64,000 nt of DNA from Octopus sinensis (Eukaryota), in contig NC_043012.1 of the NCBI RefSeq assembly GCF_006345805.1, forward strand, positions 26,598,001 to 26,662,000, read 5' to 3'. Of this stretch, positions 51,995 through 64,000 are shown piece by piece (the first letter of the stretch is position 1; each line of letters opens with the position of its first letter). Below the pieces are notes generated by a model. It searched no databases, was not told the DNA's origin, and saw only the letters and a list, made by a program, of their open reading frames with translations. The position numbers and the translations under genes were made by a program.

Positions 51995-52205
51995 TAATTG
52001 TGACAGTCAACCCTTAACGTGGTGCAAGTCCACAATTAGCGTGATATAGAGTGTGACAAGGTTATTCATTTTTGCCAGCTGAGTGAACTGCAGCAACGCG
52101 AAATAAAGTGTCGTGCTCAAGGACACAATGCGTCACCGGGAATTGAACTCACGACCTTACTATCGTGAGCCGATTGCCTTAACCACTAAGCCACGCACCT
52201 TCACA
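51995..52205 (-). mobile_element. tRNA-derived CORE-like SINE (family F)
   Basis: rc GGTGCGTGGCTTAGTGGTTAAGGC..GAGTTCAATTCCCGG..TTGTGTCCTTGAGCACGACACTT. Confidence 0.7.
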
Positions 52206-52512
52206 TACACACATACGTATATACATACATACATACATACATATATACATACATACATACATACATACACACATACATAAACATACATGCATGCACATAT
52301 GCATACATCTATGTATATATATATAGATACATACATACATACATACATACATAAATACATACATACATACATACATACATACATACATACATACATTCAT
52401 ACATACATATATACATACATATAGATACAAATATAAGCGGCCATTTGGCAGTGTCTTTCGAACGCCGAATAGATTCAAATGGCCGCTTATATTTGTATGT
52501 TATATATTGTAT

Positions 52513-52545
<33 letters not shown>

Positions 52546-52600
52546 TATGTATGTATGTATTTATGTATGTACTATGTATATAAGTTTGTATGTGTGTATG

Positions 52601-52633
<33 letters not shown>

Positions 52634-52819
52634 ATATATATATATATACATATATATATGTATATAAATATATATATTATCTTGTGTGTTTGTGTGTGTA
52701 TATAATATATATATATATATAATATCTATATACATACATACTCAGGCACACACACACACACTCAAACGATGGTGAGTCAAAAAGTAACCCTCTTTTTACT
52801 TGAATTTCTGTGTATATGC

Positions 52820-52925
<106 letters not shown>

Positions 52926-53073
52926 CTAATAAGAGTGTATGTGTATGTGTGTATATGTGTGTCTATTTTTGTGTAAGTATATATGTATACACATATATGT
53001 TAGCATGCACATCTCTCTATCTCTCTCTCTCACTATATATAGACATATATACATATATGTTTACGTATGCACA

Positions 53074-53129
<56 letters not shown>

Positions 53130-53499
53130 ATACATATATATATATATATATTACACAAACATTACAAGCACTCACACACTCGCACACAGACATCGTCATC
53201 ACACTAGCTATTAAGAATCGACACGATCTGCTTCGGTAGTTGAAATCTCACATAGAGACAGGTTTACCATTAAGTCAGTAAAGCTGACACTAACTTCACC
53301 AGCTACACCTTTACCGGGCTTGGCTTAACCAGCCAGATTGTCACATTAGGCTGCATACAATTAGCCATTTGCATGTCAGAATGGTCAATTGTCTGTAGAA
53401 TATGTCAGAATATTCAGAGTTGTCCTGAAATATACCAGACAACGAAAATGTCTCTCAATGTATTCGCCGGGCTAGTTATGAACTCGTTACATTACATAT

Positions 53500-53750
53500 C
53501 CTAAAATAATAATAATAATATTAATTATAAAATAATAATAATATAATAATAATAATCATAATATAATAATAATAATAATAATAATAATAAAATAATAATA
53601 ATAATAATAATGATAATATAAATAATAACAATATAATACTAATAATGAGGAGGAAGGATAATGATGATGATGATAAGAATAATAATAATATAATAATAAT
53701 ACGATATAATAATAACAATAATAAACTAATAATGAGGGGAGGATAATGAT

Positions 53751-53785
<35 letters not shown>

Positions 53786-53890
53786 AATATAAAATAATAA
53801 TAATAATAATATATAAAAATAATAATAATAATATAATAACAATAATAATACTATATGAGGAGAAATATAATGATGATGATGATGATGATG

Positions 53891-53931
<41 letters not shown>

Positions 53932-53959
53932 GATAATGATAAAAATAATAATAATAATA

Positions 53960-54045
<86 letters not shown>
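53500..54045. repeat. Long compound (AAT)n/(GAT)n microsatellite
   Basis: Direct reading. Confidence 0.95.
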
Positions 54046-54047
<2 letters not shown>

Positions 54048-54602
54048 GCCCTGATGCAATACCAGACAGTGGCTCTCGTGGCTTCTGATTTTAACTGATT
54101 GGAAGTGTTATCATGTACATTGTTTTGTTTTGGTATAAAAGATGGTCTACAGCAAATATTCTGCTCAATATCACAGATTTCCTTGTCAGTTGTTTGACCA
54201 TAACCAGTTGACCATGTCCCTTGTTGGCTGACAATGTGTGCATTTCTGATCACAAGCAGAAGTAGTGGGGGAGCATCATAGCCATGTGTTCAGAGGTATT
54301 CTTTGGGGTTTGGATAATTCACCTTTGGAAACACGGGTGTTTCGTTCAACATCCTTAAACATCCCTTATTCAGGGATCTGTTGAGCGGGATGGGCTACCC
54401 AACCTGAAGAAAATTGTGACTGGGCTCCACCTGCAAGGTCATGAGCAGTTAATCTTGATATGAGATCACAATGTCGCGCAAATATGGCTGTGATGCTTGT
54501 GTCTGGTGTACCCTTATCAGACGTGTAGTCATGATGGGTATACTGGGCTTCGTATATTTGTACCCCAGTGTCACTTTGATGGCATGCATTGCTCTCTCAC
54601 TC
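54046..54602 (+). mobile_element. Family C element, full-length (~557 bp), flanked by (AAT)n and AAT(AGT)n
   Basis: Starts ATGCCCTGATGCA (same end as the 42697 copy) and ends CTCTCTCACTC. Confidence 0.9.
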
Positions 54603-54604
54603 AA

Positions 54605-54637
<33 letters not shown>

Positions 54638-54679
54638 CAGCAGTTGTTGTTGCTGTTGTTATTATTGTTTCTGGAAGGT

Positions 54680-54840
54680 CATAAGTCGATGAAACTGACG
54701 CATGTGCTGGACTGGTACGTATTTCATCGACCCCGAAAGGATGAAAGGCAAAGTCGAACTTGGCGGAATTTGAACTCAGAACGTAAAGACGGACACGAAA
54801 TACCGCTAAGCATTTTGTCCGGCGTGCTAAGGATTCTGCC
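54680..54840 (-). mobile_element. SINE B2 fragment
   Basis: ATCGACCCCGAAAGGATGAAAGGC..GGAATTTGAACTCAG..GATTCTGCC. Confidence 0.8.
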
Positions 54841-54846
54841 GGTTAT

Positions 54847-54916
54847 ACATATTCTAAAATTGGAACGATACAGAGAATATTAGCATGGGCCCTGCGCAAG
54901 GGTGACACGCATAATT
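54847..54916 (+). pseudogene. U6: U6 snRNA-derived fragment (about nt 18-82 of U6)
   Basis: ACATATTCTAAAATTGGAACGATACAGAGAATATTAGCATGGGCCCTGCGCAAGGGTGACACGCA differs at 4 of 65 positions from the metazoan U6 sequence as I recall it, including the ACAGAGA box. Confidence 0.9.
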
Positions 54917-55495
54917 TTATGTACGGTCAGTTTGCAAGAGATATGAATGCCAAGACAAATACGGCAGAGGATCGGTGGCTATGGATAAGAGTGAGTGACC
55001 TGAAGCTAGAGACAGAAACACTCATATGCGCAGCTCAGGAACAAGGGGTAAGGACCATTTATATGAAGTGCAGAATGGACAATACTTCCGATAGCGATAA
55101 ATGCAGAATGTGTGGTGATAGGTGTGAAACGGTATGACACATCATTAGCGAATGCCCGAAATTGGCACAACACGAATCAAATGACGCCATGACAATGTGG
55201 CAAGAATGATCCATTGAGAGCTTTGCAGAAAGCACGGTCTACAAAGAGCATAGATGTGGTATTATGAAAGAGTCACCGAAAATGAGAACTGCAAAGTTCT
55301 GTGGGATGTAATGATCCAGTGCAATCACCTGACCAGACATAAGAAACCGGACATTGTTGTGGTGAATAACAAGAAAGAACATGCATGATTATCGACATAG
55401 CATGCCCTGGCGACAATAGGATCAATGCGAAAGAAGAAAAAACAAACTTCAGCGATTTAAAGTGGGAAATACAAAGGTTGTGGTCAATGAACAGA
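54917..55495 (+). pseudogene. Restriction-like-endonuclease (RLE) non-LTR retrotransposon fragment, R4/Dong-like
   Basis: YGQFAR..LKLETETLICAAQEQ..CRMCG..ETV*HIISECPKLA..RHDNVA..VLWD..IQC..KPDIVVV..IDIACPGD (CCHC knuckle, RHD, PD-(D/E)xK). Confidence 0.85.
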
Positions 55496-56588
55496 GGGAG
55501 AGAGAAGTAGTGAAGACCCAGAGCTGTCTTGAGGCTTTGGAGGATGCTGAGAGAGGCTACTTTGTTTAAACAGTTATCTCCCAACCATAATCTAATCGAT
55601 ATTTTTTTAATAAATACGCTTATTCTTGAATGAGTTATTGTTTTCTTTTCCTCTTATGCAAACAATCAAATTTAACACGAACGTGCTGTATATACACATA
55701 CATGTATTCACACATGGATGATGGTTGTCTCCCCTGTCAGATGAATGCAGTCTCACATTCAACTTGGTTGCTCTCATTTACTTTCATCGTTATATGTGCG
55801 CAGATATCTATCGCAATAGGATTTTATAAAATGCAAAAAAAAAAAACGGATCAAGAAATGAAAGGGAGACATTTGTGTTTCATTGAATTTAAGTGACAAA
55901 AGATTGTGCAACACTTCTGCCCCTCTCTCAGTGATCATAGTAGGTTCCATTGAAAATCATTGCAAGATGACTCGTATTATTTTGACTGCAAGTTTTATAT
56001 CAGAGTATCTTTCTCCTAGAAGACCTGCTTTCCCTACAGCTTTCTCAAAAATAATGGGAGCGTCTTCTGTCCGTGGGTAGTCATTTTAACCCATAGATGG
56101 GACCCTGACAAGCACAACAGTTCCAGCTGAATAATGATGATTAAGGGTTGACCCCACGTTCTACACAACTGCAGGACGCCTCAACTGGAACCTCACCATC
56201 GGATTCGGTTTAATGTCATACCCATGGATATATTTATATATACATACATAAATACACATATAACATAACATACATACGTATGTGTTTGTGTGTATGTGTA
56301 TGCCAACATTAATTCATGTATACATGCATATTTGCATACATACATATATACATAGTATGTGTGTGTGTATGTATGTATGCGTGTGTATGTATGTGTGTTG
56401 GCGTGGCGGTGTATATTGCTAATCTCGTGTACGTTTGGGATGCTATAAATTGTCGTCTGCTAATAGAAAATATACGACGATGTATTAAATTAGCGTCAGT
56501 CATAGACACATCATTGCTTAAGTGTCTTTGAATGTTGCATGTGTGACATGATTCTCCCTTATGCTTGGGTAGCAGAAAATCAATATGC

Positions 56589-56648
<60 letters not shown>

Positions 56649-56649
56649 G

Positions 56650-56735
56650 GGAGAGTTTACGAAAAAAAAAGACGAAGACAGGTGGTGTACAAAACAAACA
56701 GATGTATTAGTATAACGCTCAGGAATAGAAAGTCT
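56650..56735 (-). mobile_element. Terminal fragment of the Penelope pLTR family
   Basis: rc of CCTGAGCG..ATACTAATACA..CCACCTGTCTTCGTC..CGTAAAC, as at 4016-4130. Confidence 0.65.
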
Positions 56736-56759
56736 TTTCTCTCTCTCTATATATATATT

Positions 56760-56845
<86 letters not shown>

Positions 56846-56923
56846 AAAAATATGTGTCTATCTATATATCTATATATCTATATATCTATCTATATATATA
56901 TATATATATATGTATATATCTAT

Positions 56924-56974
<51 letters not shown>

Positions 56975-57469
56975 ATGAAAGCGTATCGATTTATTGATTC
57001 GATTGATTTGACATATTAAATTTGCGTCACACTTTGCAGAAACCCTTTATAACTGGCTTACAAGGTTGCTTGTTCTTTTTATTGTTGCCATTGCTCTGTA
57101 GCCCGAGGTCAATTCTGATCCAGCATAGCTGTGATGAATAACGCTTCATTGTTGATCATCCCAGCTTTTATTCAATCCTTATGTACCTAGGGTGACATTT
57201 AAAAAAAACTGTAACCTATATAATGGCTTATATCACCCTATATACACATCATGAGAAGAAATTAGCTGTTATTTCTTGCTGGTTTAAGGATATCGTTGAG
57301 ATTTTATCGCTTACTTATATAGTGGTTTCGTACTGTTAATATAGCTGGGTGATTTTGTCTCCAACCTAATCCTGTAGAACTATGCCTTCTATCCTGCAGT
57401 TCACAAGAAATAATGCCCCACGTTTTGCTGGGTTTTTTAAAAATTATTTTTCTACCTCTTAATTGCTAC

Positions 57470-57872
57470 GGTCATTGAACTGCAGCCATGCTGGGGCACC
57501 GCCTTAAAGGAGTAAGTCGAACGAATCCACCCAAGTACTTATTTTTTTGTATCGGTCTCTTATAGTGAAACCGCTAAGTTACAGTGACGTAAAGAAAGCA
57601 ACACCTGTGGGTTAATACATACACAAACATACACACACCCATACATACATACATATATATGTATATATATATATATTATATATATATATATTATATATAT
57701 ATATATATAACGGGCTTCTGCACATTTTCCATCAACAAAATTCACTCCCAAGACATAGCTCGGAGGCTATAGTAGAAGACACTTACTCAAGATGCCGTAC
57801 ATCGAGAATGAACTTGAAACAACGTGGTTGCAAAGTATGGTTTTAAGCAACAAAGCTATGCCTGCACCTGCT
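57470..57872 (-). mobile_element. SINE family A, decayed
   Basis: GCAGCCATGCTGGGGCACCGCC..GGAGGCTATAGTAGAAGACACTT. Confidence 0.7.
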
Positions 57873-58014
57873 CTTGTATTTTTCACTGTCTTTTTAAGCT
57901 ACTAGCGCATGGTTTCTGCAAGTGTTGGCTGATGTTTCTGGCGGGCCATGAAGCACTTTTCATTATCTTAACGCTTTGTCTGTCCAATGTACCACATGTG
58001 TATAAGACGTGATA

Positions 58015-58225
58015 CCCTGGCGGAAAATTGGCAGAATCGTTAGCGCGCTGGACGAAATGCTTTGCGGTATGTTCTGGGTTCAAATTCCGCCGAGTTCGAC
58101 TTTGCCTTTCATCATTTCGGTGTCGATAAATTAAGTACCAGTGAAACACTTGAGTTGATGTAATCGACACATCGCCTTCACCAAAATTGCTGCCCTTGTG
58201 GCAAAATTCGAAACCCCAAGAAATA
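58015..58225 (+). mobile_element. SINE B2
   Basis: TGGCAGAATCGTTAGC..GGTTCAAATTCCGCCGAG..AAATTGCTGCCCTTGTGGCAAAATTCGAAACC. Confidence 0.8.
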
Positions 58226-58481
58226 TTTCGAGTACTTCCATGCATCATATATGATACACATTCCCCAATTTCTTTCCAACTGCCGAAGTAATTTGGAATT
58301 TATTTAAGGAAAGCCTTATATTTACTCAAAACATATGGAAGAAGCGTTTAACTAAAAGCCTGAAAATAAGGTTGGACGTTTAAGACAATACTATGTAAAT
58401 GTTTTGGATAGGCAGCGAGTGAAAGGAGAGCGCTGTATTGAAAATATTCTAGATAACTTCTGTGATATCCCGAATGAAATA

Positions 58482-58615
58482 CGAGTGGGTATTGAAAAGT
58501 TCCTGGCTTTAGATAAAAAAATGCAGGATTATCAGTTTATTATGGTTTTATACAACATATTTCTCTTCCAGATTCACATACGTATTGCAGTGGTCCATCA
58601 TTTTTCGTAAGCCCT
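58482..58615. mobile_element. Mariner terminal fragment (TIR only)
   Basis: TA-CGAGTGGGTATTGAAAAGTTCCTGG, similar to the TIRs at 39853 and 59406. Confidence 0.5.
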
Positions 58616-58748
58616 GTAAAATTACACAGAAGTTTCGACCTCCAACCAGGCCTTTCGCAACACCCTTAAAACTAGGTAATTCTCAGCATTCCTTCGTGTA
58701 TCTGCTGTCCCACAAGACTCTCTCATAGTAGAAGCTACAACACTGATA

Positions 58749-59406
58749 CGAGGTATATCAAAAAGTTCTCTGACTAGTTTTGGAGCGCGCCAACAGATGA
58801 CAGCAAACGTAGAAACAGTTGTCACAATGGAAGAGCCCTTCATCTCCGCAACCCAAGGAGGCACGACTGAGCTGCATTTCAATCAAGAGCATGCTCATCG
58901 TTTTTATTTTCGACATCGGCAGTATTGTGCATCGAGAATACGTCCCCCAGGGCCAAACTGTCAAACAAGAGTTCTACTGCTACGATTTGGAGCATTTAAG
59001 GGAGGACATTTGGCGAAAGCGACCGAATGTGTGAGGGTATGAAGAATTATATTCTTTACGACAACAATGCACCCTGTAACCGAGTTCTTCTCAGTCGTGA
59101 GTTCCTCACCTATTCGCCAAATTCAACACCTGTAGACTTCCATCTTTTCTCCAAGATGAAAAGACAGCTCAAACTTTGCCATTTTAACACCATTGTCGAG
59201 ATCCAAAACGAATCGCAGAAAGTCCTCGACCCGCTTAAAGAAAACGGCTTCCATGTCGGATTCCATACAAGTGACAAGAACACTGTGACCGGTGCAATGC
59301 AGCGCAAGGCGACTACTTCGAATGAAATGATGTTTAAACTTGGGTAAATAAGTTCATTTTTTTTTATTAAACATGAATAGACCTGGAGCTTTTTTATACC
59401 ACTTCG
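58749..59406 (+). mobile_element. Internally deleted mariner (DD34D) with both TIRs and TA flanks
   Basis: MLIVFIFDI..IVHREYVPQGQTVKQEFY..LREDIWRKRP..LYDNNAPC..YSPNSTPVDFHLFSKMK; TIRs TACGAGGTATATCAAAAAGTTC / GAGCTTTTTTATACCACTTCGTA. Confidence 0.85.
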
Positions 59407-60259
59407 TACATCTGCAATGCTTCTCAAAGAAGACTATATGGTTTCATTGGATAATACATTTAACTCTTTATCATTTCCTCTATGCCAATTCTTATTCACA
59501 GGATATATTTCACTGGCATTCATGCATCATATATGATACACATTCCTAATTTTTTCGACCACTGAAGTATCTTTGGACTTCTGAACCGAAAACTTTATAT
59601 TTACTTAAATCGTATGAAACGGTCTAACTAAAAGTTTGAAAACAAACATGGACGTTTAGGACAAAGCTATGAAAATACTCTGGACAGGCAAAGGGTTACG
59701 ATAAACTTATGAATATTCGCAACTGCATGGAAAGGGGCCAACAGCATCAGGCAGGCCCCATTTCTGGCTTACTCCTGCTTTCTTCAAGATTAATAGTGTC
59801 GGTGGTTCTCGCGGTCTCTTTCCGATCCGATTTACGAGAGGTGTTGATCCCCTTAAGCCAAGGATACTGTGATTCGTGGGAAGTTTGGCTGCTATTTCTA
59901 GTAGATCAATAATCTGCTTGGAAATTTCGTCGGCGATTAAGAGGTTGCAAATACTTAATATGTAAGTCGTGTGTAATAACGTTGCTGTTTTTTTCTGACC
60001 ATGGAGAACAAATAAATAAATAAATACATAAATAAAATAACTAAATAAACAAGACTTTAATTATTGATTTCATTTGATTTGATTTCACTGAAGTTTCTGT
60101 GGAATTATGTGAGAAAATATTCTTTGAAGGAATTTTAAGAGACTGTCGAAGAAGAAATGATGAAGTTATGGAAGCAAATAGAATTATGGGAACAGAAAAA
60201 AATACTCAAGTATTTCTGGTAATATTTATTTTAGTCTCACCTACATAGTTCTCGTCGTC

Positions 60260-60482
60260 GCCACCATGATCAATTTCTTTTTCCTCCTTCTTTCTCCTCC
60301 TCTTCTTCCTCCTCCTCCTCCTCCTCCTTCTCCTCCTCAACGGCCTCTTCATTATCTACATTGTCATCGACATCATCGTCGTCGTCAGCAATTACATCGT
60401 CGTCATCGTCGTTATTGTTATTGAGATCATCGCCGTCGTCGTCGTCGTGACCGCCATCGTCATTATCCTCGTCGTTGCTATT

Positions 60483-60514
<32 letters not shown>

Positions 60515-60720
60515 AAAAAGCAGCGGCGGCAGCAGCAGCAGCAACATCAGTAGCAACAACACTACAATCACCCGCACCACCATCATCATTTTCATCGTCA
60601 TCGTCATCATCAATTACCACCACCACCACCACCACCACAGTCGAAATCGCCACCAGCATCATCATCATCATCGTCGTCGTCGTCATTATCCTCATCATCA
60701 TCATTGTCGTCATATATCGA
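60260..60720. repeat. Compound (CCT)/(CAT)/(GCA)/(CAC) trinucleotide tract
   Basis: Direct reading. Confidence 0.9.
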
Positions 60721-61022
60721 CCGCTCTAGGCTGTTTGAAAGATATTGATCGAAAGATCGGTGTTCCTTGTGCTGTCCTCATACCATACGCAAACACATGC
60801 ATACACACAAACACACACACACACACACACGTATGCACACATGCACATACACACACACACCATGCACATACACTAAAACATAAATCTTCATATATATACA
60901 CATACAAAATACTTATTCAATAACACTACATGTGTATGTATGCAGTATATATATATATATATATAATTTGCGGATCTATATCTAGCGTAAGAGCGTCCAC
61001 ATAGTGGATTCTCTCTTATAGT

Positions 61023-61062
<40 letters not shown>

Positions 61063-61384
61063 GTATATGTGTCTGTATAACTGTGGATGGTATGGGGTGT
61101 ATACAATATACATACATAGATAAATAGATATATGTGTATATAATATATATGTGTGTGTGTATAAGATAGATAGACAGATACATTTATATAGAGAGATATA
61201 CACACATATACGTGCATACATGTATGTAAATATATATATACATACATATATATGTGCAAGTATACATATAAGTATATATATTTGTATATATATATGTATG
61301 TATATATATATGTATATATATATGTATATATATATGCGCGCGTGTGTGTGTATTCACTGTAAAACAAGTACGCCCATTTCTTGA

Positions 61385-61640
61385 AATAAACCATTCAAAT
61401 TACTCTTTCTTTTCTTTTTCCTTTACTTTCTATAAACAATCTTTCTAGAAACCACTGTTCCTAATTAAGTGTCCAAAATATCTTAATTTTCTCTCTTTGA
61501 TGATCTCTAATAAAATTTTCTAAGTTTTGGGCATTTCTAATTGTTTGTGAGTAATCTTATGTCCCGTTCATAATATCCACATAAGTCTTCTATATGTCCC
61601 ATATCTAAAAGGTTTCTAATCTCTTTGATAAAAACTGTGT
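61385..61640 (-). pseudogene. RTE-clade LINE C-terminal fragment
   Basis: Stitched rc frames LLEIIKERKLRYFGHLIRN..ERLFIE..GKRK. Confidence 0.65.
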
Positions 61641-61664
61641 TATATGGTGAATTGATATAATTAA

Positions 61665-61820
61665 GTATTGTTTTGTGGTTAAGAAGCTCCCTTTGCTATC
61701 ACGTGGCTGCTAGTCTAGTCTTATTGAGTGGCAGCTTGCGTTAGCGTCTTCTACTATAGCTCTGGGCTGACCAGTGTCTTGTGAGTCAATTTGGTAAATT
61801 GTTTGGAAGTTTGTCGTATA
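61665..61820 (+). mobile_element. SINE family A 5' half, strongly decayed
   Basis: GTGGTTAAGAAGCT..GCGTCTTCTACTATAGCTCTGGGCTGACC..TGTGAGTCAATTTGGTA. Confidence 0.55.
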
Positions 61821-61826
61821 CACGTA

Positions 61827-63039
61827 CACAGACATGACAGAAGTAAATAGACACCCCATGGAACATCGTTTTATGTTTATTTGCACTTGAAAAGGTTTAT
61901 AGTTTTTAATAATTGACAATTTTATGTTTCAGGTTCCAAGTGTGACTGTCTAATCATGCCACGTTCAAAATAAGCCTTGGAACTGTCCGAATTTCAAACA
62001 GGCCGTATTTGGGTCAATCTGAAGGTGGTCTTAGTCGACGTAAAATGGCAGAAAACATTGGGATCCCACTTTCTACAGTTAATAGAGTGAGGGTGCAATT
62101 CACCAGAGAGGGGAAGGAGTCCACATCACCTTGTCCAGGTCGACGAACGCTCTCTAGCAGGACCCTTCGCTTTGCTAAAAGATGTGTGGGGGATAAGCCT
62201 CGTCAGTCCCAGAATAGCCGTCAGGTATCTTCACAAACTTGGCGACTATGTCAGAGCAGCGAGAAGGAAGTCACCTCTTCAACTAGCCAATATGAAGCGG
62301 AAAAAAGATTGGGCCAGTGAAATGGTGGAAAAGTCACTAGCATTTTGTGACACTGTCATATTCTCTGATGAGTCCAGATTTGCTATATTTTCTGAGAGTG
62401 GTCGACTGAGGGTCCGGAGACTCTATGATCAAGAAATTGATATGAAAATGTTGCAGCAAACAATAAAACACGGTTGCTATTCTGTGATGTCTGGGGTGTA
62501 ATTTGGAGCAATGGCCAATCAGAGCTAGTGGATTATGAAGGAAAGATAAACTCAGATAAATATATGTCCATATTACAGAAAGGACTCCTTCCAATCTTCC
62601 CCGATGGTGACATGAATAAAGAAGACATTTCTGGAAGATGCAGCTCCTTGTCATACAGCTAAAACGACCCAAGATTAGTTGAAAGAGAAAGGCATTAGAA
62701 AGCTTCCATGGCCAAGCCAGTCAACAAATGTGAACTCTATTGAACATCTCTGGGGCATAATGGACAGGACATTTCGTAAAAAGAACAAGAAAGCGTCCTC
62801 AAATACACATTTTTTGAGATTACTGCATGAAACTTGACATGAAATTCGTTGAGAGAATATTCATCATCAGATCAGCAGCATACTTAAGAGGTCCTTGCAC
62901 TGAAAAATACAAAGGACACGTCTACTAGATATTAGATATTCACTTTATAATAATTAACAAATAATTTGAATGTATTATTTCAGATTTAAATAAATTTTAA
63001 CAATTAAAAGAGTATTTATTTACTTCCATTATGTCTGTA
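61827..63039 (+). mobile_element. Full-length decayed Tc1-like (DD34E) transposon; transposase from ~61956
   Basis: [62 protein letters not shown]; TIRs CACAGACATGACAGAAGTAAATAGACACC / GAGTATTTATTTACTTCCATTATGTCTGTA with TA flanks. Confidence 0.88.
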
Positions 63040-63062
63040 TATATATATATATATATATATAT

Positions 63063-63536
63063 AATACGTAAACAAAGTCAAATGCGATACAATAAAATTA
63101 ATTATTATCGCTGGTGTTCTGGGACTCGCCATATATTATTCATATATAAGTACATTAAAAGGCGAAGTGTGTACCAGATACACAAAAGCTGGATAAATTT
63201 AATGAGATGAAAATTAAAAACTTTTACAAACTTAGTTCTTCTTAGACTGCAGTTTCGCCTATTTCAGCAATAAAAATAATATTTATTTACTAGGTAGGCT
63301 TCAGTAAGATTCCTGTTATTATGGGAAGCGCACATTAATAGAGGCACATGCTCTATTAAATTGCTCTTTCTAAACTATTCAAATCACTGCGCAGACTCAG
63401 AACGTACCCGACAAAATAGGGTTTTCTGGTAATCGTCTAACGCTCAAAATTTATCGAGAAAATACGTAAACAAAGTCAAATGCGATACAATAAAATTAAT
63501 TATGATCGCTGGTGTTCTGGGACTCGCCATATATTA

Positions 63537-63545
<9 letters not shown>
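63063..63545 (-). mobile_element. Probable Penelope pLTR remnant: ~85-bp direct repeats (63063-63147 / 63461-63545) around a hammerhead motif
   Basis: The direct repeat is visible; rc 63309-63240 reads TCTTA-CTGA-A-GCCTA..TAGGC-GAAAC-TGCA-GTC-TAAGA. Confidence 0.6.
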
Positions 63546-63578
<33 letters not shown>

Positions 63579-63710
63579 ATATAGTTTTAATCCTTCAGGT
63601 ATTTAATGCTTTTTGGGCCTTACAATCGGCTATATTATTGATTCTGTTATTATCATTTTAATTGTTACACCAGTTAATAACAGAGTCAAATATTTTCTCT
63701 GAATTATTTG

Positions 63711-63789
<79 letters not shown>

Positions 63790-64000
63790 GAGAGAGAGAG
63801 AGAATGAGGGAGATGCAAAACACACACAGACAGAGAAAAATCCTGGCTTTAAGGGTATCACAAAATGCCTAGCTGGAGGCCCAACCTTCCGAGTTCTTTA
63901 GCAATAAGTGTGTGAATATGAGAGGGAAATATATTGAATAAAATCATAATTAAATGATCCTCCTGTATTTTCTTTCACTCAAAGCCAGTAAATGTTCAAC

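Noticed and set aside
54046-54120. HDV-like or hammerhead ribozyme at the 5' end of family C
   Set aside because: A 9-bp hairpin (CTTCTGATC/GATTGGAAG) exists, but I could not assemble P1/P2/P3 or a catalytic C by eye
60270-60923. Acidic or His-rich protein ORFs
   Set aside because: Compound trinucleotide repeats open in multiple frames
61921-61940. Splice-acceptor-like TTTATGTTTCAG|G as a host exon start
   Set aside because: It lies inside the Tc1 element's 5' region just before the transposase ATG

Overview
Repeat-saturated, AT-rich eukaryotic (animal) DNA with no recognisable host protein-coding exon, rRNA or intact tRNA gene. The SINE families and microsatellite load resemble coleoid cephalopod (Octopus-like) genomes; this is recognition from memory, not a database match. 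Most listed ORFs are translations of (AT)n, (AC)n, (AAT)n, (TATC)n and (CAT/GGT)n microsatellites. The real content is a dense fossil record of mobile elements. It includes two very abundant tRNA-derived SINE families and rarer SINEs; Penelope-like remnants with hammerhead-ribozyme motifs; a near-complete Buster/Charlie hAT; Tc1, mariner and DD37D-like relics; Helitron/Helentron pieces; RTE, Tx1 and R4/Dong-like LINE fragments; and several tandem repeats. The most interesting signals are: (i) a near-canonical type I hammerhead ribozyme at 6344-6450 plus several variant or degenerate ones; (ii) a U6 snRNA fragment fused to a restriction-like-endonuclease LINE; (iii) a Tx1 LINE found twice inside (TATC)n; (iv) a ~555-bp non-coding element tied to (AAT)n and arrayed in tandem; (v) a SINE that repeatedly lands at GGTAT(T/C), including inside its own family. 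All coordinates were read by eye and element ends may be off by a few bases.
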